From assembly GCA_905178155.1 (NCBI GenBank), contig CAJINV010000003.1, positions 11,040,339 through 11,104,338 of the forward strand: 64,000 bases of DNA, in the 5' to 3' direction. The DNA is from Amoebophrya sp. A120 (lineage: Eukaryota; Protista; Dinoflagellata). Shown piece after piece: positions 37,016-48,341 of the stretch (positions are counted from its first letter, which is position 1; each line of letters starts with the position of its first letter). Under the pieces are notes generated by a model. The model saw only the letters and a program-made list of their open reading frames with translations. It made no database searches and was not told the DNA's origin. The position numbers were made by a program, and so were the translations under genes.

Positions 37016-40000
37016 ATGGCGGCAAGTAGCAGCGCAGACGCGTTTTCTGCACCAGATCCGCCTGCGGCCGCCACGGCGCCGACCTTTGCGGAAAAAGAAG
37101 CGGACTTTGAGAGTATGGTCTCCGATCTGCGGGGAGTCTTCATGGACTGGCTCCGGCGCTCAGAGAGGGAAATGGCAGATGCACGAGCGGAGCTAGCCGC
37201 CGCCAAAAAGGCCTTCGAGGACGAAAAAGCAAAGGTGTGGAAAGAGTTCATGAAAGAGAAGCAGGCAGAGTAATATTGACCTTTTTTTTTGTGACTTTTC
37301 CTTGGTCGTCTTCGTCATCATTGATCTGAGAATATGACGGGCTGCATAGCACTAGTACTAGAAGCATCTGGACGGATGATCCGGATCCGCTGCGTCACCG
37401 GCATGTATGTGTTTCACATGCGCCGCGTAATGTAGGATGACCACCATGTTTCTTCTTTGTTTGTTCCGGATCGATCCTGCTTCGTTGCCTATATCTATAC
37501 CTTCTACGGTGCTATGTCGATACTAGGATATGCTGTATCCAAGAGCTACACCTCTCGTCACAACATATGTCGTGTGTACTTCTAGGTACGAGAAGATACA
37601 AGGCGAGCGGCGAAAGAACGAGGCAGAGATAGCAGCTGCGATCAAGCAGGTGGCGGTAGAACGCGAGGACGCGCGGTCCAAGATTGCCGAGGAACGGGCG
37701 AAATTTGAAGAAGAGAAAGAGAAGAGCAAACGACGACTCGCCTTGGACCGTGAACGGCTCAGACAAGAAGTTGAAACCTTCGAAGAGGAGAAAGAAAGGA
37801 TAAAAGACCAGGTTTGATGCAATGGTGCAGCTATTCATCTTTTTGTCACGACTTTGTTCCGATGGACAAAAGAGAAACAATTCATTGACTCTAAGTAGAA
37901 GTAAGGCTTGTAGTCACATCTTCAGTGATGTTGCTCAGCACCACGAACTACATATAATCCTTGCCGCGAGTGCATCGTTACCTTCTAAGGGATGGAGCTT
38001 GCGCAAAAAGTTGTATGTATGAGTCCCAAAAGAATAAGAAACATCAAAAATTCTGGAGGCTCTCGCGTCTGAAGAAATAGTAGACCTCAACGTGGGCGGT
38101 GTTACGTTCGAAACTTCAAAGGCGACTCTCTGTAAGCAGCCCGGATCCTACCTGGAGGCGCTGCTATCGGGAAGAGAGCACGTCGGCCGCGACAGAAATG
38201 GCAGAATTTTCATAGACCGCGACTCCGAATCGTAAAAAATTTTTTGCTCTTTCGTGTTCTTTCTTTTTGGTTTGGCTCTGTCACTAAGAAGTCAAAAAAT
38301 GATATTATATTGGTCATTTTCAGCCACAGCGTGGCTCATCATGGAAATATTGCTTCGTCATCTTCTTTGTCCTGTCTACATACATTATTGCTTTAGATAA
38401 TATGTGCTGCTTTATACTGGGTAATTGAGAGTCAAGAATTACTACTCATTCACGAAAAAGAGCATGTAAAAACGAACAAGGTTCCGCACAATTTTGAATT
38501 ACCTCCGTGGTTCAAGTGACGCTGCCGTGCCGCTGCCCAGCTCTGCTCAAGAATCCGAATCTCTTGTGAAGGAATCAAATTACTACGGGGTCAAATTTTT
38601 CCCATACCCGCTCGTCTTCGCAGCCGGAGGGCACAACGGCTATGAACATTTGTCCGCTATGGAGGTTCTGGACGTCGGGAATCAGTGCTGGAGGCCTTGC
38701 AGATCAATGCGCACAGAAAGAACCTACTTCGCGGTAATGAAACTAGTACAGTGGACCACGACCATCTTTAATAGGACAACATGAACATCATTGATGCAGT
38801 TTTCTTTTTTCCTTCACTCAACCACAATTGCACAATTGGCGACTTGGACTTGCGCGGGATTCCACCTCCAGCCAGGATTTGTATCTACAACTATAAGAAG
38901 TGTGACTTCACTTTGAAACTAGTTCTAGTTCTGCGATCCTGGTTTTCATCGTCGCCTTGAGCTTAACTCGCTTCTAACACGGCTGCAGGCATCGACGCTT
39001 TCGGCAAAGCTGTACCTCATGGGTGGCCAGAACTTGGGTATGACCCTTAAAAATATGTCTGGGTCGGAAACGCAACGAAACAGAAAGTGTGGCTGGTCCT
39101 GTTGCTGCCTCGTATTGAAGCTGCATCGATATCATTGAAAAGTTACTGATCTTTGTGTCTTCAGCCTTTTGCCATCAGCATCACGAGCTGTTCTTCTTCT
39201 CAAACAAGTAGACGGACCCAGACGTATTTGAAAAAATGCATAGTGGAATACAAGGCACTAAACGAGATGGAAGTTTACGACTGTCTCCGTGACGCCTGGA
39301 TGGCGGGTCCGCCTCTGAATTTTCCAAGAAGAAATGTTACCAAAGTGAATCAGAAGATAGGACGTAGTTACTCACCGGTTGATGAAGATGTGCATGTGCT
39401 CGAGAGCCCTTTCGAATTAACCGTAAGTGTACGATGTGTAAATAAGGAAGTAAAACGACCATTGCTATTCACAACTCCGCAGTGGTACTCTCGTCGACCT
39501 TCCCATCGCAGGGAAACTTGAACTTCTACGCAGGAAGACCTCAAAAAAAGAATTGAACACACACGAGTCTTCACAGTGAAGATGTTCACGCTCCATAAGT
39601 GGCTACTCGTAGATTCGTTCCTTGAGCGCGGCCTGAAAGGATTCACATCTTCGTGGAACAGCAAACGTTCTTCTCCCGGTGCCTCTCCATAAGCGCCTGC
39701 TCGGAACAAGTGGACGGAAAAGTGTACATTATGGGGGGTTTTGACGGATCGCAAATTCTCTCTCACGTGGAGTCTTACGACCCACGCATGAAGTCTTGGA
39801 TGGAAAACGCGGGAATGACCACACCACGCTCCTCGGCTATGTCCTGTGTGCATGGCGGCAAGATCTTCGTGCTCGGAGGTAGCCTACCTTGGTTCTTGTA
39901 GTTCCGCTTGTTGCACATCAATATCTGACAATTGTACTGATTCCACGGCGGGCCACCGCTTAGATTTCAATAGTCAGAGTGGTCTCCGCCAGAAGTAGAA

Positions 40001-41258
40001 ATGACAGACTTTGATTTTACGTGGTGTCTTCTACTTCTCCACTTCATGTTGAACTCCACTATTTGTAACTTATTGTCGCTCTTTAACTTTGATCAAAAAC
40101 TCCGATCTCCATCATCGACCGCCGGATAAATATCTGGAGAAATGGAACTCCCACAGGTACAAGCGGCAAGAGGCTCAAAACAGTCGAGTTTTTCGAGCCG
40201 AAAATGAATCGATGGAGCCCATTTGACGTGGACATGATTGACGTTCGAAGTGCTGGGCAGGCGCTGACCTGCCTGTCACAAATATACGCACTTGGCGGCA
40301 CAGACAACCAACAAACAATACACTACTCAGTACTTCTTTTCTCCTACTGTAGGTCGATAATTCAAGAATCTGATTGCATGGTTGCGCGAGGCTGTCTTTT
40401 ACAACTTCTGAGCCGGTTGGGTAGTTGCCTTGCGATTTAGCACGCAGCCCATAATTCAATTTAGTTTCTTTCGTGATCGCATGACACCGAACAAGACATT
40501 TGCTTTTATCCTCATCAGGTGGAATCATTGGACCAGGAGACCGTGACGTGGATGTATAACAAGAGCATGCAAGTCAGTCGGATGGATTTTGCAGCTACGG
40601 TGATTTTACGCGGAGCAAAAGTAAGCTACCCCCAGGTGTAATCTTCAATTTAAGCATGATCGCAAAAGTGCAGCACTGGGGGTGATGCTTACATACACGA
40701 ACACGGCAGTGCACCGCGAGCGCTTGAGCCTGAAGTTTGTTTCAATTATGAAAATGATGTGAGCACCTGCGGGATGGTTTTTCACGGGATACATTTCCGA
40801 TTCCATCATGGTCGGCGGCGGGCAAAGTGGCGACATTCTCGCGAGCACAGAGTATCTTCTTATCATTTTGTTTACCATCAATGATCTTCCGCTTTTATCC
40901 TTGTCTCTTCTTCAGAGAGTATCTTCCGTTTTTATCTTTGTCTCTTCTTCATCTTCCTTGGTGTCGCTTTTGATAAGCGGAAAAAACAAGGGCAGAATTA
41001 AAGCTGGTCCTAGTTGTTATATTGAAGCTGTCTGCTTTGCAAAGTAGGCGCCAGGCTACCTTCTGTGCTACGCAGGCCAAGGCCAACGACATCAACCTTG
41101 AAAAATCAATCTGTTGCTGTACTAAATTTTGAATAAAGGATCTGAAGAACATCTTTTCTGAAAACAGGTTCTACCGGCCCGAGCTCGACACGTGGCAAGT
41201 CGGTCCGAGTATGCTCACGCCGCGTTACGGGCATCAGTACCTAACTGTGTCTCTGTAG
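37016..41258 (+). CDS. K13: Kelch13 orthologue (coiled coil, BTB/POZ, 6-blade kelch propeller). 11 exons: 37016-37269, 37586-37811, 38059-38231, 38481-38733, 38989-39037, 39247-39336, 39696-39878, 40157-40329, 40519-40605, 40796-40851, 41168-41258
   Basis: Colinear with Plasmodium K13 as recalled: ADFESMVSDLR, DLNVGG..FETS..LLSGR.HV.RD..GRIFIDRDSE.FR.ILNYLR, YGVKFFPYPLVF..GG, YKAL.E.EVYD.LRD.W, PRSSAM, WQVGPSML.PRYGH. 7 GT-AG introns and 3 IR introns. Confidence 0.95.
39038..39243. mobile_element. IR intron, family B-like, in K13, 206 bp
   Basis: GTATG..AATATGTCTGGGTC / GACCCAGACGTATT..GCATAG; TSD TGG. Confidence 0.85.
39337..39692. mobile_element. Degenerate IR intron in K13
   Basis: TTACC...CCATAA termini; flanks ATG/GCG; the nearest GT-AG pair breaks the frame; removal gives PRRN-ACSEQVDGKVY, aligning with PRRNNCGVTSNGRIY. 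Confidence 0.7.
40606..40792. mobile_element. IR intron in K13, 187 bp
   Basis: TTACGCGGAGCAAAA / TTTTTCACGGGATAC; TSD ATT; restores FAATVI-SDSIMVGG. Confidence 0.85.
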
Positions 41259-42761
41259 GTGTTGCGGTCAAATAGAGGCGCGTGTCTTGTCATGCAGGAG
41301 GTACACTAGGAAAAGGGACTGGCAATAGCTGCATCTTCACATTGGAGGTTCTCTTCACTGTACTTTTCTCTAAATCTGACACCGATATGATAAATTAAAC
41401 AAGCTCTCCGCCAGGAGCATCTTTGCGGTTCATCACCTCAGAGATGAAGACCAAAAAATCGAGATTATCGACATGTTCGAACAAGCTTTAGTTAATATAT
41501 ACTCAATGTCAACAACCTCATGCGTTTTTAACGTTAAATCACAATGACTAAAACTACACGACGGCGAGCCACGCGTTGTGGACAAAGGCGTGCTAGCACT
41601 TGTTGTCCGTCTTTGCCTGATATGTAGTAGAACGCTTGGAATGCCGCGTCGTGGTGTTCATTCTGTTTTTTTGCAACTGTAGGATTCTGCTGATCATGGC
41701 TATCTAGCGAGCCATGTCCACCCGCGTCGCGCGAAAGCGAAAATGCGTGGCCGTGAAGAGCCGATTGCTAGTTTATGTCTAACAACATTTGGTCGTGCAG
41801 GAGGAGGAGGAAGTGATTTTTTTGCAAGTAGTAGAAGCACAAATTGATGTACGTAGTGACGCTGCAGAGAAAAAAAGATGTTGTCGAAGAACCGGCATCC
41901 TTCCATGCCAAACCAAGCTTCTCTCCGCGTCGCTTGAGACACGCACGATATGGCTACGCGGCGGCGCGTGTTCTTGTTCTACATTTGTTACTAGAACTGG
42001 ACGCTGAGTTCAGATCGGAGGAAGCGAAAGCAATGAATATTTCGTGGTGTTGTGCTGGTTGGTGTACCTGTACGGTCACTGAGTACAATTTTCAGGTGGT
42101 CTACTGCTTGCGGCGAGCCCCGATGTAGATGTTGAAGGATTTTCGTTGAGGATCACGTCGCGCGATCTACCTTTTCCGTGGCAATGACATGATTAAAGAA
42201 TAATACTCGACGGATTTTTCAGCTGTTATGCTTGTGTCGTTCTCTTGATGCAGATCCGCGGCTTGTTGTTGGTGCAAGGATCAGTATATATCAGGGTCCT
42301 GTTGCAATGCGGTTGTGATTGTTTCACTCTAGTTGTAGTACGATCTTCGTTTCATCAATTAGGATTAGCTCAATGCGCCGGTTGCGGTGCTGTGTCTGTG
42401 CAAGCATGCAAAGATCCTGTGACGGCCACGGCCAGCACATTGCGAGACTGCATCGATATACACGGTTCCTCGTTCCTCGTTGTAATCCCACTCAGAATTA
42501 TTTGTGGTGCTGTGACGGTGTTGTACCAAAGTTTCGGCATTGGTCGACAATGACGCCAATTAGTGGGAGGAGGCCCTGGCCCGCTCCCCTCGCTTTCAGA
42601 AACATTTCCGATGAATCCAAATTACTAGAACGACAACATTACGACCAAACGAATCCAATCCTTCATTCTAGTAGTCGGTTGCGGTACAACCTACGCAAAC
42701 ATTTTAATCTTCTGGCACCTCTGAGATAGAAGTAGAAAATAAATTATTTTCCAAAGCAATT

Positions 42762-44306
42762 ATGTCGGTCCAGAGCATGCTGTCAGCTTCCACGACGCAG
42801 TATGCGTTCCACAGTACTCCTGCCCCGCTAACCGCAGGAATCCCTGATCCTGCAACGGTGCAGACACAAAAAGAAGCATATTTGAACATGCTCGAGCAGC
42901 AAATGAAACAGGGAGTCACTGCATTGGACGCCCAGCTCAAGCACCAAAAGGAGTATCTCGCAGCGCAGGCAGAACAGCAGAAGAAACAGTATTTTTTCTT
43001 TTGCTGTTGTATTTTGGGATACGATAGGCTCTTGTATAGATACTGAAAACCGCGCTTGAGCTGGAGGCAAGGAAAAAAAGAGTGGAAAAAGATATAAGAA
43101 GTTGTGACACCAAATCACTGTGACTGTGAGGACGCAACGGCAAGAGAGCGGCGCCTCAACGGAAGTCGATATTAAGGGTTTATGTCTAACGGACCAAAAT
43201 GTGTTTTGTATGGAGGTTGAGTAAAAAGTCTTCCATCCCTGCTCTCGTTTTTGGTAACTTATGTTTGATGTCTATGTCCTCTTGCTAATCTCTCCAGTCA
43301 TCCTTTTTCCCAACACCTGCTAGATTCGCGATGCAAGTGGATCTGGAAACCAACCAGCAGCAGATGGCACTTCAACAACAGTACCAGGAACAGAAGATGA
43401 CGCTGCAAAATCAAGCGGGAACACAAAAATCGCAGCTCGAGCAACAGAGCATGCAACTCATACTCGACTACTTACGAAGCGCAAACAATGCCTGTGGTAG
43501 TCGTAGTTCCTTATGCCGAAAACGGCATGTTTGTATTTCTGATGTTAAGGAGGTATTTATGATATGAATGCTTCGGAAGAAAATATGCGACAAAGGAAAG
43601 CATGATATATCTACAATGAAGGAACAGTAACAGACGTAGTAGAAGTGGAGCAGCGATGAATAATTTTGCCATTGAAACATAAATCTGAATCTGGCAACTA
43701 CAAGTAGGACTGCGTTGCTGCAGCGAGCAAATGTCGTAACGACTTCCAAACAGAGAAGCACTTTCAGCAGTTTACATTTTCATTTTCTGCCGTACAGGTC
43801 ATTTGTAATTGCATAGTCCACTCAGAAGAAAGCCGAGGAGGAAATGCAGAAGCAGCAATACGACATGGAGAGACAGCAACAGGAGGTACCAGCTTAATAT
43901 TTCCAAAGCTCCTCACGCGCTTTACTTATCTATGTGCGGTGGTGATCATCTCACTGCTCCTGTAAATTTCTGCTTACCAGGCACAAGTGAATGCGGCAAG
44001 CCATAGAAAGAACAACAGGGACAGAAACAGGCCGTTAGTGAATATGATTTTCTAAAATTTAAGTACGCACCACATGATCTTGATCATCTTGTTTGACTGG
44101 AACTAGATACAACAGTCGCTTCATGATCATGGGATGTTCATGCTGTCCAACTCCAAAAACAGATGCAGATGCGGTTGCAGTCTGAAATGGCAAGGTTGCA
44201 AACGAGCTCTCAGTTCTCCTCTGGTATGCAGCCACCCAACATTCTCGCGACCTACAGTGGCACCGCTCCTACACTGCAACACCCTGCCGCATCAGTGTCG
44301 GGCTGA
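42762..44306 (+). CDS. Glutamine-rich coiled-coil protein of a type common in dinoflagellates; exons 42762-42988, 43324-43471, 43820-43885, 44163-44306
   Basis: GIPDPATVQTQKEAYLNMLEQQMKQG...QAEQQKKQF.MQVD..LEQQSMQLILDYTQKKAEEEM; two GT-AG introns and one IR-type intron give a continuous frame. Confidence 0.8.
43472..43816. mobile_element. Degenerate IR intron, 345 bp
   Basis: TTACGAAGCGCAAA / TTTGTAATTGCATAG; flanks TAC/TCC. Confidence 0.7.
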
Positions 44307-45769
44307 AATTCAAATTGAGCGAAAGTCGTGCTTTTGGTTGTAGATTAAATATGTAGCTGTGCCTTTCACTCTCTCTCTCTCTCTCTCTCTCACAAAAGTT
44401 TCCCGCTTCGATGAAAACGATAACGCACGTTCTTTGAGCTTCTTCATCTCAGGAGGTATGGCATTTTCTTTCCCGTGGCGTGTTGCCATTTTGCCGCTCG
44501 CCGCGCACCAAAAGTTACTCAACCTTCCAAGAAGATTGACCATGATTCACAAACAAGGACCTCCTTTTCTCTTTTTGCCATTTTTGGCCAAGAAACATAG
44601 TACTGGATACAACGACACACGTCATCAAACATCTTCAGTGCCAATTTATCATGTGCGATCTGTAGTATTGTTCGTACTCCTTTTGAAGCTGTAACGTCAA
44701 GAATTTCATCAGACTTTACGCCCGCCCCGCAGGCGCGCTTTTCTTATTTTCCAACAGGGATCAACACGCGGAGGATAAGTGTCATAGGTGATGTCAGGAT
44801 CCAACCTTGAGTCATGTGCTCAGCTCATGGATATGAGGCACGTTGTCGCTCTCTCGTCACTCAGCACGTGAACCACAAGATGTGACGACAGCTTGTTCTA
44901 CGAGCAATGGCATCAACATGATCGTTTACGTTTTGTTCCTGGCCTATCGCTGCCAGTGGGCCAAGTTTATAATACTTTGAGGAAAAAAAGGAAAACTTCA
45001 CTATTGTTGTGCGTCGAGTGCATTTTCATTTTGTTCTTTTTTCACCTCATCGCGTCGTGCGAAGATCAACAAATTCAAGGCGGAGAAGCTCTCGAAGTGG
45101 ATCAAGTTAGTCGACGCAGTTTGTTTATTTGTACAACACTACTTCTACTGATGGCTATCGATGTAATGTTGGCTCTACTTTCCGATCCTCTTCCTGTATC
45201 TGTTTGCGCAATCGCTGTTCCGCCCAGGCCCTTTGCTTCGGCATGGTTTATTTTATTTTGTTTCAAAAAGTCTCCACTGGTAGATTTAGTACGAAAGGTT
45301 TGCAGTTTTCTGTTTGAAATACAAATAACTGCGCCTGAAGATTCCTTATTGCGCTGTTCTTGCTTTAGTGTCCGCATGCATGGATGTTAAGACTACGATG
45401 ATATCCATATCGGAATAAAAAACATCGGAACCGGAAGGCGTGTAAAGAGACTGAATAGACGAACAAGACCTATCAGTCGTGTGCTTGCTCCTACGAATTG
45501 ATTGCTCCCATTTGCTTAACAATCGAAGTACGATTTGGTGTAATTTCTACCCTGCGACGCGAAAGCACGTCGCACCTTACAACCGATTTTATTATTTTGG
45601 GAGATTGCCGAAGAATAAGAAGATCAAGATCATCATCGTCAAGCTCAAGATCGAAGAAAATAATAGATAGCTCTCCTCTGAACATAGGCTGAGATATTTG
45701 AGTGGTGCATTGGACCCGGCACCCTCGTGTATCGCACTGTTCTTGGTGTTTCATCTTATTTCTGTCGAC

Positions 45770-46340
45770 GTATATTAGAGTGTTTTACAAGACAGATGAC
45801 AGATGAAACAGATGACACAGATGATACAGATGACCAACTTTGCGAGTTTTGTTGCGGGGCTTTTTTTGGTCATCTGTGTTCACAGATGACGAGCATTCGA
45901 ACAGCGAAAACCGGAGCCCCAAAATCAAAAACAAAACAAAAAAGAGGGTCGGCTCTCCAGTGTCGCCGAGAAAGTGCGCCTTTCACGGTGCGAGCAGATG
46001 GAGTGGCAGCACCTCCATAGGCCCCACCCTGTGGGCCGATGCGCCAGCATTCCTAATAGCAAAGGCACGAGCACGACGGTGCTGCGCATATACGCCGATA
46101 GCTAGGCGGTGCTGTGCACTACACCTTCCCGCCTCGAACAGATTCAGGCAAAAAATACTTAGGGTAGACCGACGACGTTCCGCCTCATTCCAAATCTCTC
46201 GCTCCGCCCAAGAAATGGCGAGTGAAGTGCGGGCTGTCATCTGTCATCTGTGCCTTTTCTTCGGCTTCCCGTCGAACTTTCGTCATCTGTGTCATCTGTT
46301 CATCTGTACCTTCGTCATCTGTGCCAGCCCCCCCTTATAC
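45770..46340. mobile_element. MITE-like element with inverted subterminal ACAGATGA(C) arrays
   Basis: About 5 ACAGATGA copies at 45792-45835 and several (G)TCATCTGT copies at 46236-46322; termini GTATA...TATAC; flanks GAC/AAC. Confidence 0.65.
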
Positions 46341-46427
46341 AACAGCCTAGTATATGTACATCATCGTATCTGCTGCCTGTGTCTGGTTCAATTGCGTTTT
46401 GGAAAATCTTCTTGAAGACACAAATAA

Positions 46428-48341
46428 ATGTCGTTGCATTTCGCCGGGGCTGCGTCACCACGACCGACCCCTCCTGGGCGACGAGCGACGATCTCGGAAG
46501 AGGGAAATCGTAACGAATCGAAGCAAAGGCAAGTACGTTACGCAAAAAAAAATCTGCGTCGCAGCAGCAAATTACCCGGCATTTCGTTTGCAGGAGGACC
46601 CGCGGGAGTGCTAGTGCTAGCCATAGCTGCGCCAGTGTTCATCTATGGTTTTCGGTCGAGTCGACCTCGTCCCGTTTCGCCCTCTCCTGCGGAAGAATCT
46701 TGTTGCAACGACCGGCGACTTGAACATGACGAGAAACAACAAGCTGCGCCAGACGATGTTTATTCCAACAAGCTAAAGATGAACATCGAGGAGCTACTGA
46801 CCCCAAAACGAACAACAAGGTCCACCCCCGTGTTTGCGGAACACGACAGCCGGGATGATCATGATCATGTCAACCCTGCTCAATACCGCGACTGGTTTCT
46901 ATCCAGTGATAACAAGACAGAAGGAGAAGCATGGCTGCAACACGACCCGACGTCGAGTACAAAAACAGAAGGCGAAGGAGCGAAAGACAAGGACCACGAC
47001 GAGCAAGCGGGTGGCTACTACATTAGACGCAACGCCACCGACCTCCAAGATGCGGACTTCGACCTCAAGGCGCGTCGGACGCTAGGGGGTTGCACCACTG
47101 CGACGCCTGCCTCGTCTGATTTCTGTTTTATATCGGAGGACGCGACCACCACCCGCGAGGGCGAGGTCGTGGGCGATCGCGACGATGCTGCAGCAGCACG
47201 AAGAGTCTTTTCTGGGTTGCCCATCACTGCAGGATCATCCTCTCTGGTGGAGAGCACTTCCTCGCCGTCCTGTCAAAAACAAGAAGACCCGCGCAGGGAA
47301 TATTTGCTGGAAAAGCATCCGGAGCATGATCGTCTACTTGAGCACCAGACTACTTTTCTCCCGCCCGGTGGGAGTACCGGGGACGGACATGACACATCCA
47401 TTACGCACCAGCTGCGGGAGGCTTCTCACATTGCACAACTCCCTGATGCGGAGCGCCAACAGCAGTGCGAGCAGACCGGAGAGGCACAGGGCCCTGCGTA
47501 CAGCTTTCCACGAGTTGCAGCACAACTGGCGGACCACGAGCCTCTCATCCTAGAAAAAAAACCGGCAGCAAACGAGGATCCGCATTTGCCAGACCTCGCC
47601 CCCTACTACTTGCAGCCCAAAGGGAAAGTAAGCTCGTATGCCTCCGCGCTGGGGCAACATAGTGGCTCCTCCAGCAGCTCTGCCACTGCCAGAATGTTCA
47701 AGTTGACAAACTACCCGGTAGAGCCGCCATACCCGTCATACGACCACCGGCCGATAGACGCGTCAACATCTCTTCATCCGCGGTTGCAGCCTACTGCTGG
47801 TGGCAGCATTGCGAGAAATTCGTCGTCCTTGTCATTTTCCCTGTCCTCGGAGGACCACAGAGATCACCAGCACACAGATGACAACCACGACGGGGACCAT
47901 GTCCATGATTTGCTCCTTCCACCACAAAGCTCGTCCTCACCACTGCGCTCTGATTTGCTCCTTCGCGGTTCTTCGTGTCAAAGGGCGCGAACCGTGGGGA
48001 CAAGCGAGGACAAAAAGCCCGACGCACCGGAGTTGCGCAAGGAAGCACGTGGAGGCGGGACAATCTCCGCGCAAGATGACGCGGGCGGTGACGAGCGGCG
48101 TAGTTACGAGGGGGGCTACAGACCTTACACACCTCACGGAGGGGAGGACGCCGGAAGGGCATACACAGACAAGAGCGACGATGTTGATGAAGAACTTCAA
48201 TTTATTCTCGACAGCAGCCGATCGCGTAATACTAGTCGGAGCAGTCGCGATACGTCCGGAAACTCGGTGGCAGCTTTGTTCGATATCGATTGCCCGCACT
48301 ATGGGACGTGCTTCAGGCGAGAGATCGTCGCGTCAGCTTGA
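46428..48341 (+). CDS. Hypothetical low-complexity protein with an N-terminal hydrophobic segment
   Basis: 637-aa ORF; GVLVLAIAAPVFIYGF. Confidence 0.55.
   Translation: MSLHFAGAASPRPTPPGRRATISEEGNRNESKQRQVRYAKKNLRRSSKLPGISFAGGPAGVLVLAIAAPVFIYGFRSSRPRPVSPSPAEESCCNDRRLEHDEKQQAAPDDVYSNKLKMNIEELLTPKRTTRSTPVFAEHDSRDDHDHVNPAQYRDWFLSSDNKTEGEAWLQHDPTSSTKTEGEGAKDKDHDEQAGGYYIRRNATDLQDADFDLKARRTLGGCTTATPASSDFCFISEDATTTREGEVVGDRDDAAAARRVFSGLPITAGSSSLVESTSSPSCQKQEDPRREYLLEKHPEHDRLLEHQTTFLPPGGSTGDGHDTSITHQLREASHIAQLPDAERQQQCEQTGEAQGPAYSFPRVAAQLADHEPLILEKKPAANEDPHLPDLAPYYLQPKGKVSSYASALGQHSGSSSSSATARMFKLTNYPVEPPYPSYDHRPIDASTSLHPRLQPTAGGSIARNSSSLSFSLSSEDHRDHQHTDDNHDGDHVHDLLLPPQSSSSPLRSDLLLRGSSCQRARTVGTSEDKKPDAPELRKEARGGGTISAQDDAGGDERRSYEGGYRPYTPHGGEDAGRAYTDKSDDVDEELQFILDSSRSRNTSRSSRDTSGNSVAALFDIDCPHYGTCFRREIVASA

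Noticed and set aside
44577-44592. GCCATTTTTGGCCAAG, resembling DinoSL
   Set aside because: Needs two indels, and has no TSD or adjacent gene start; may be chance.
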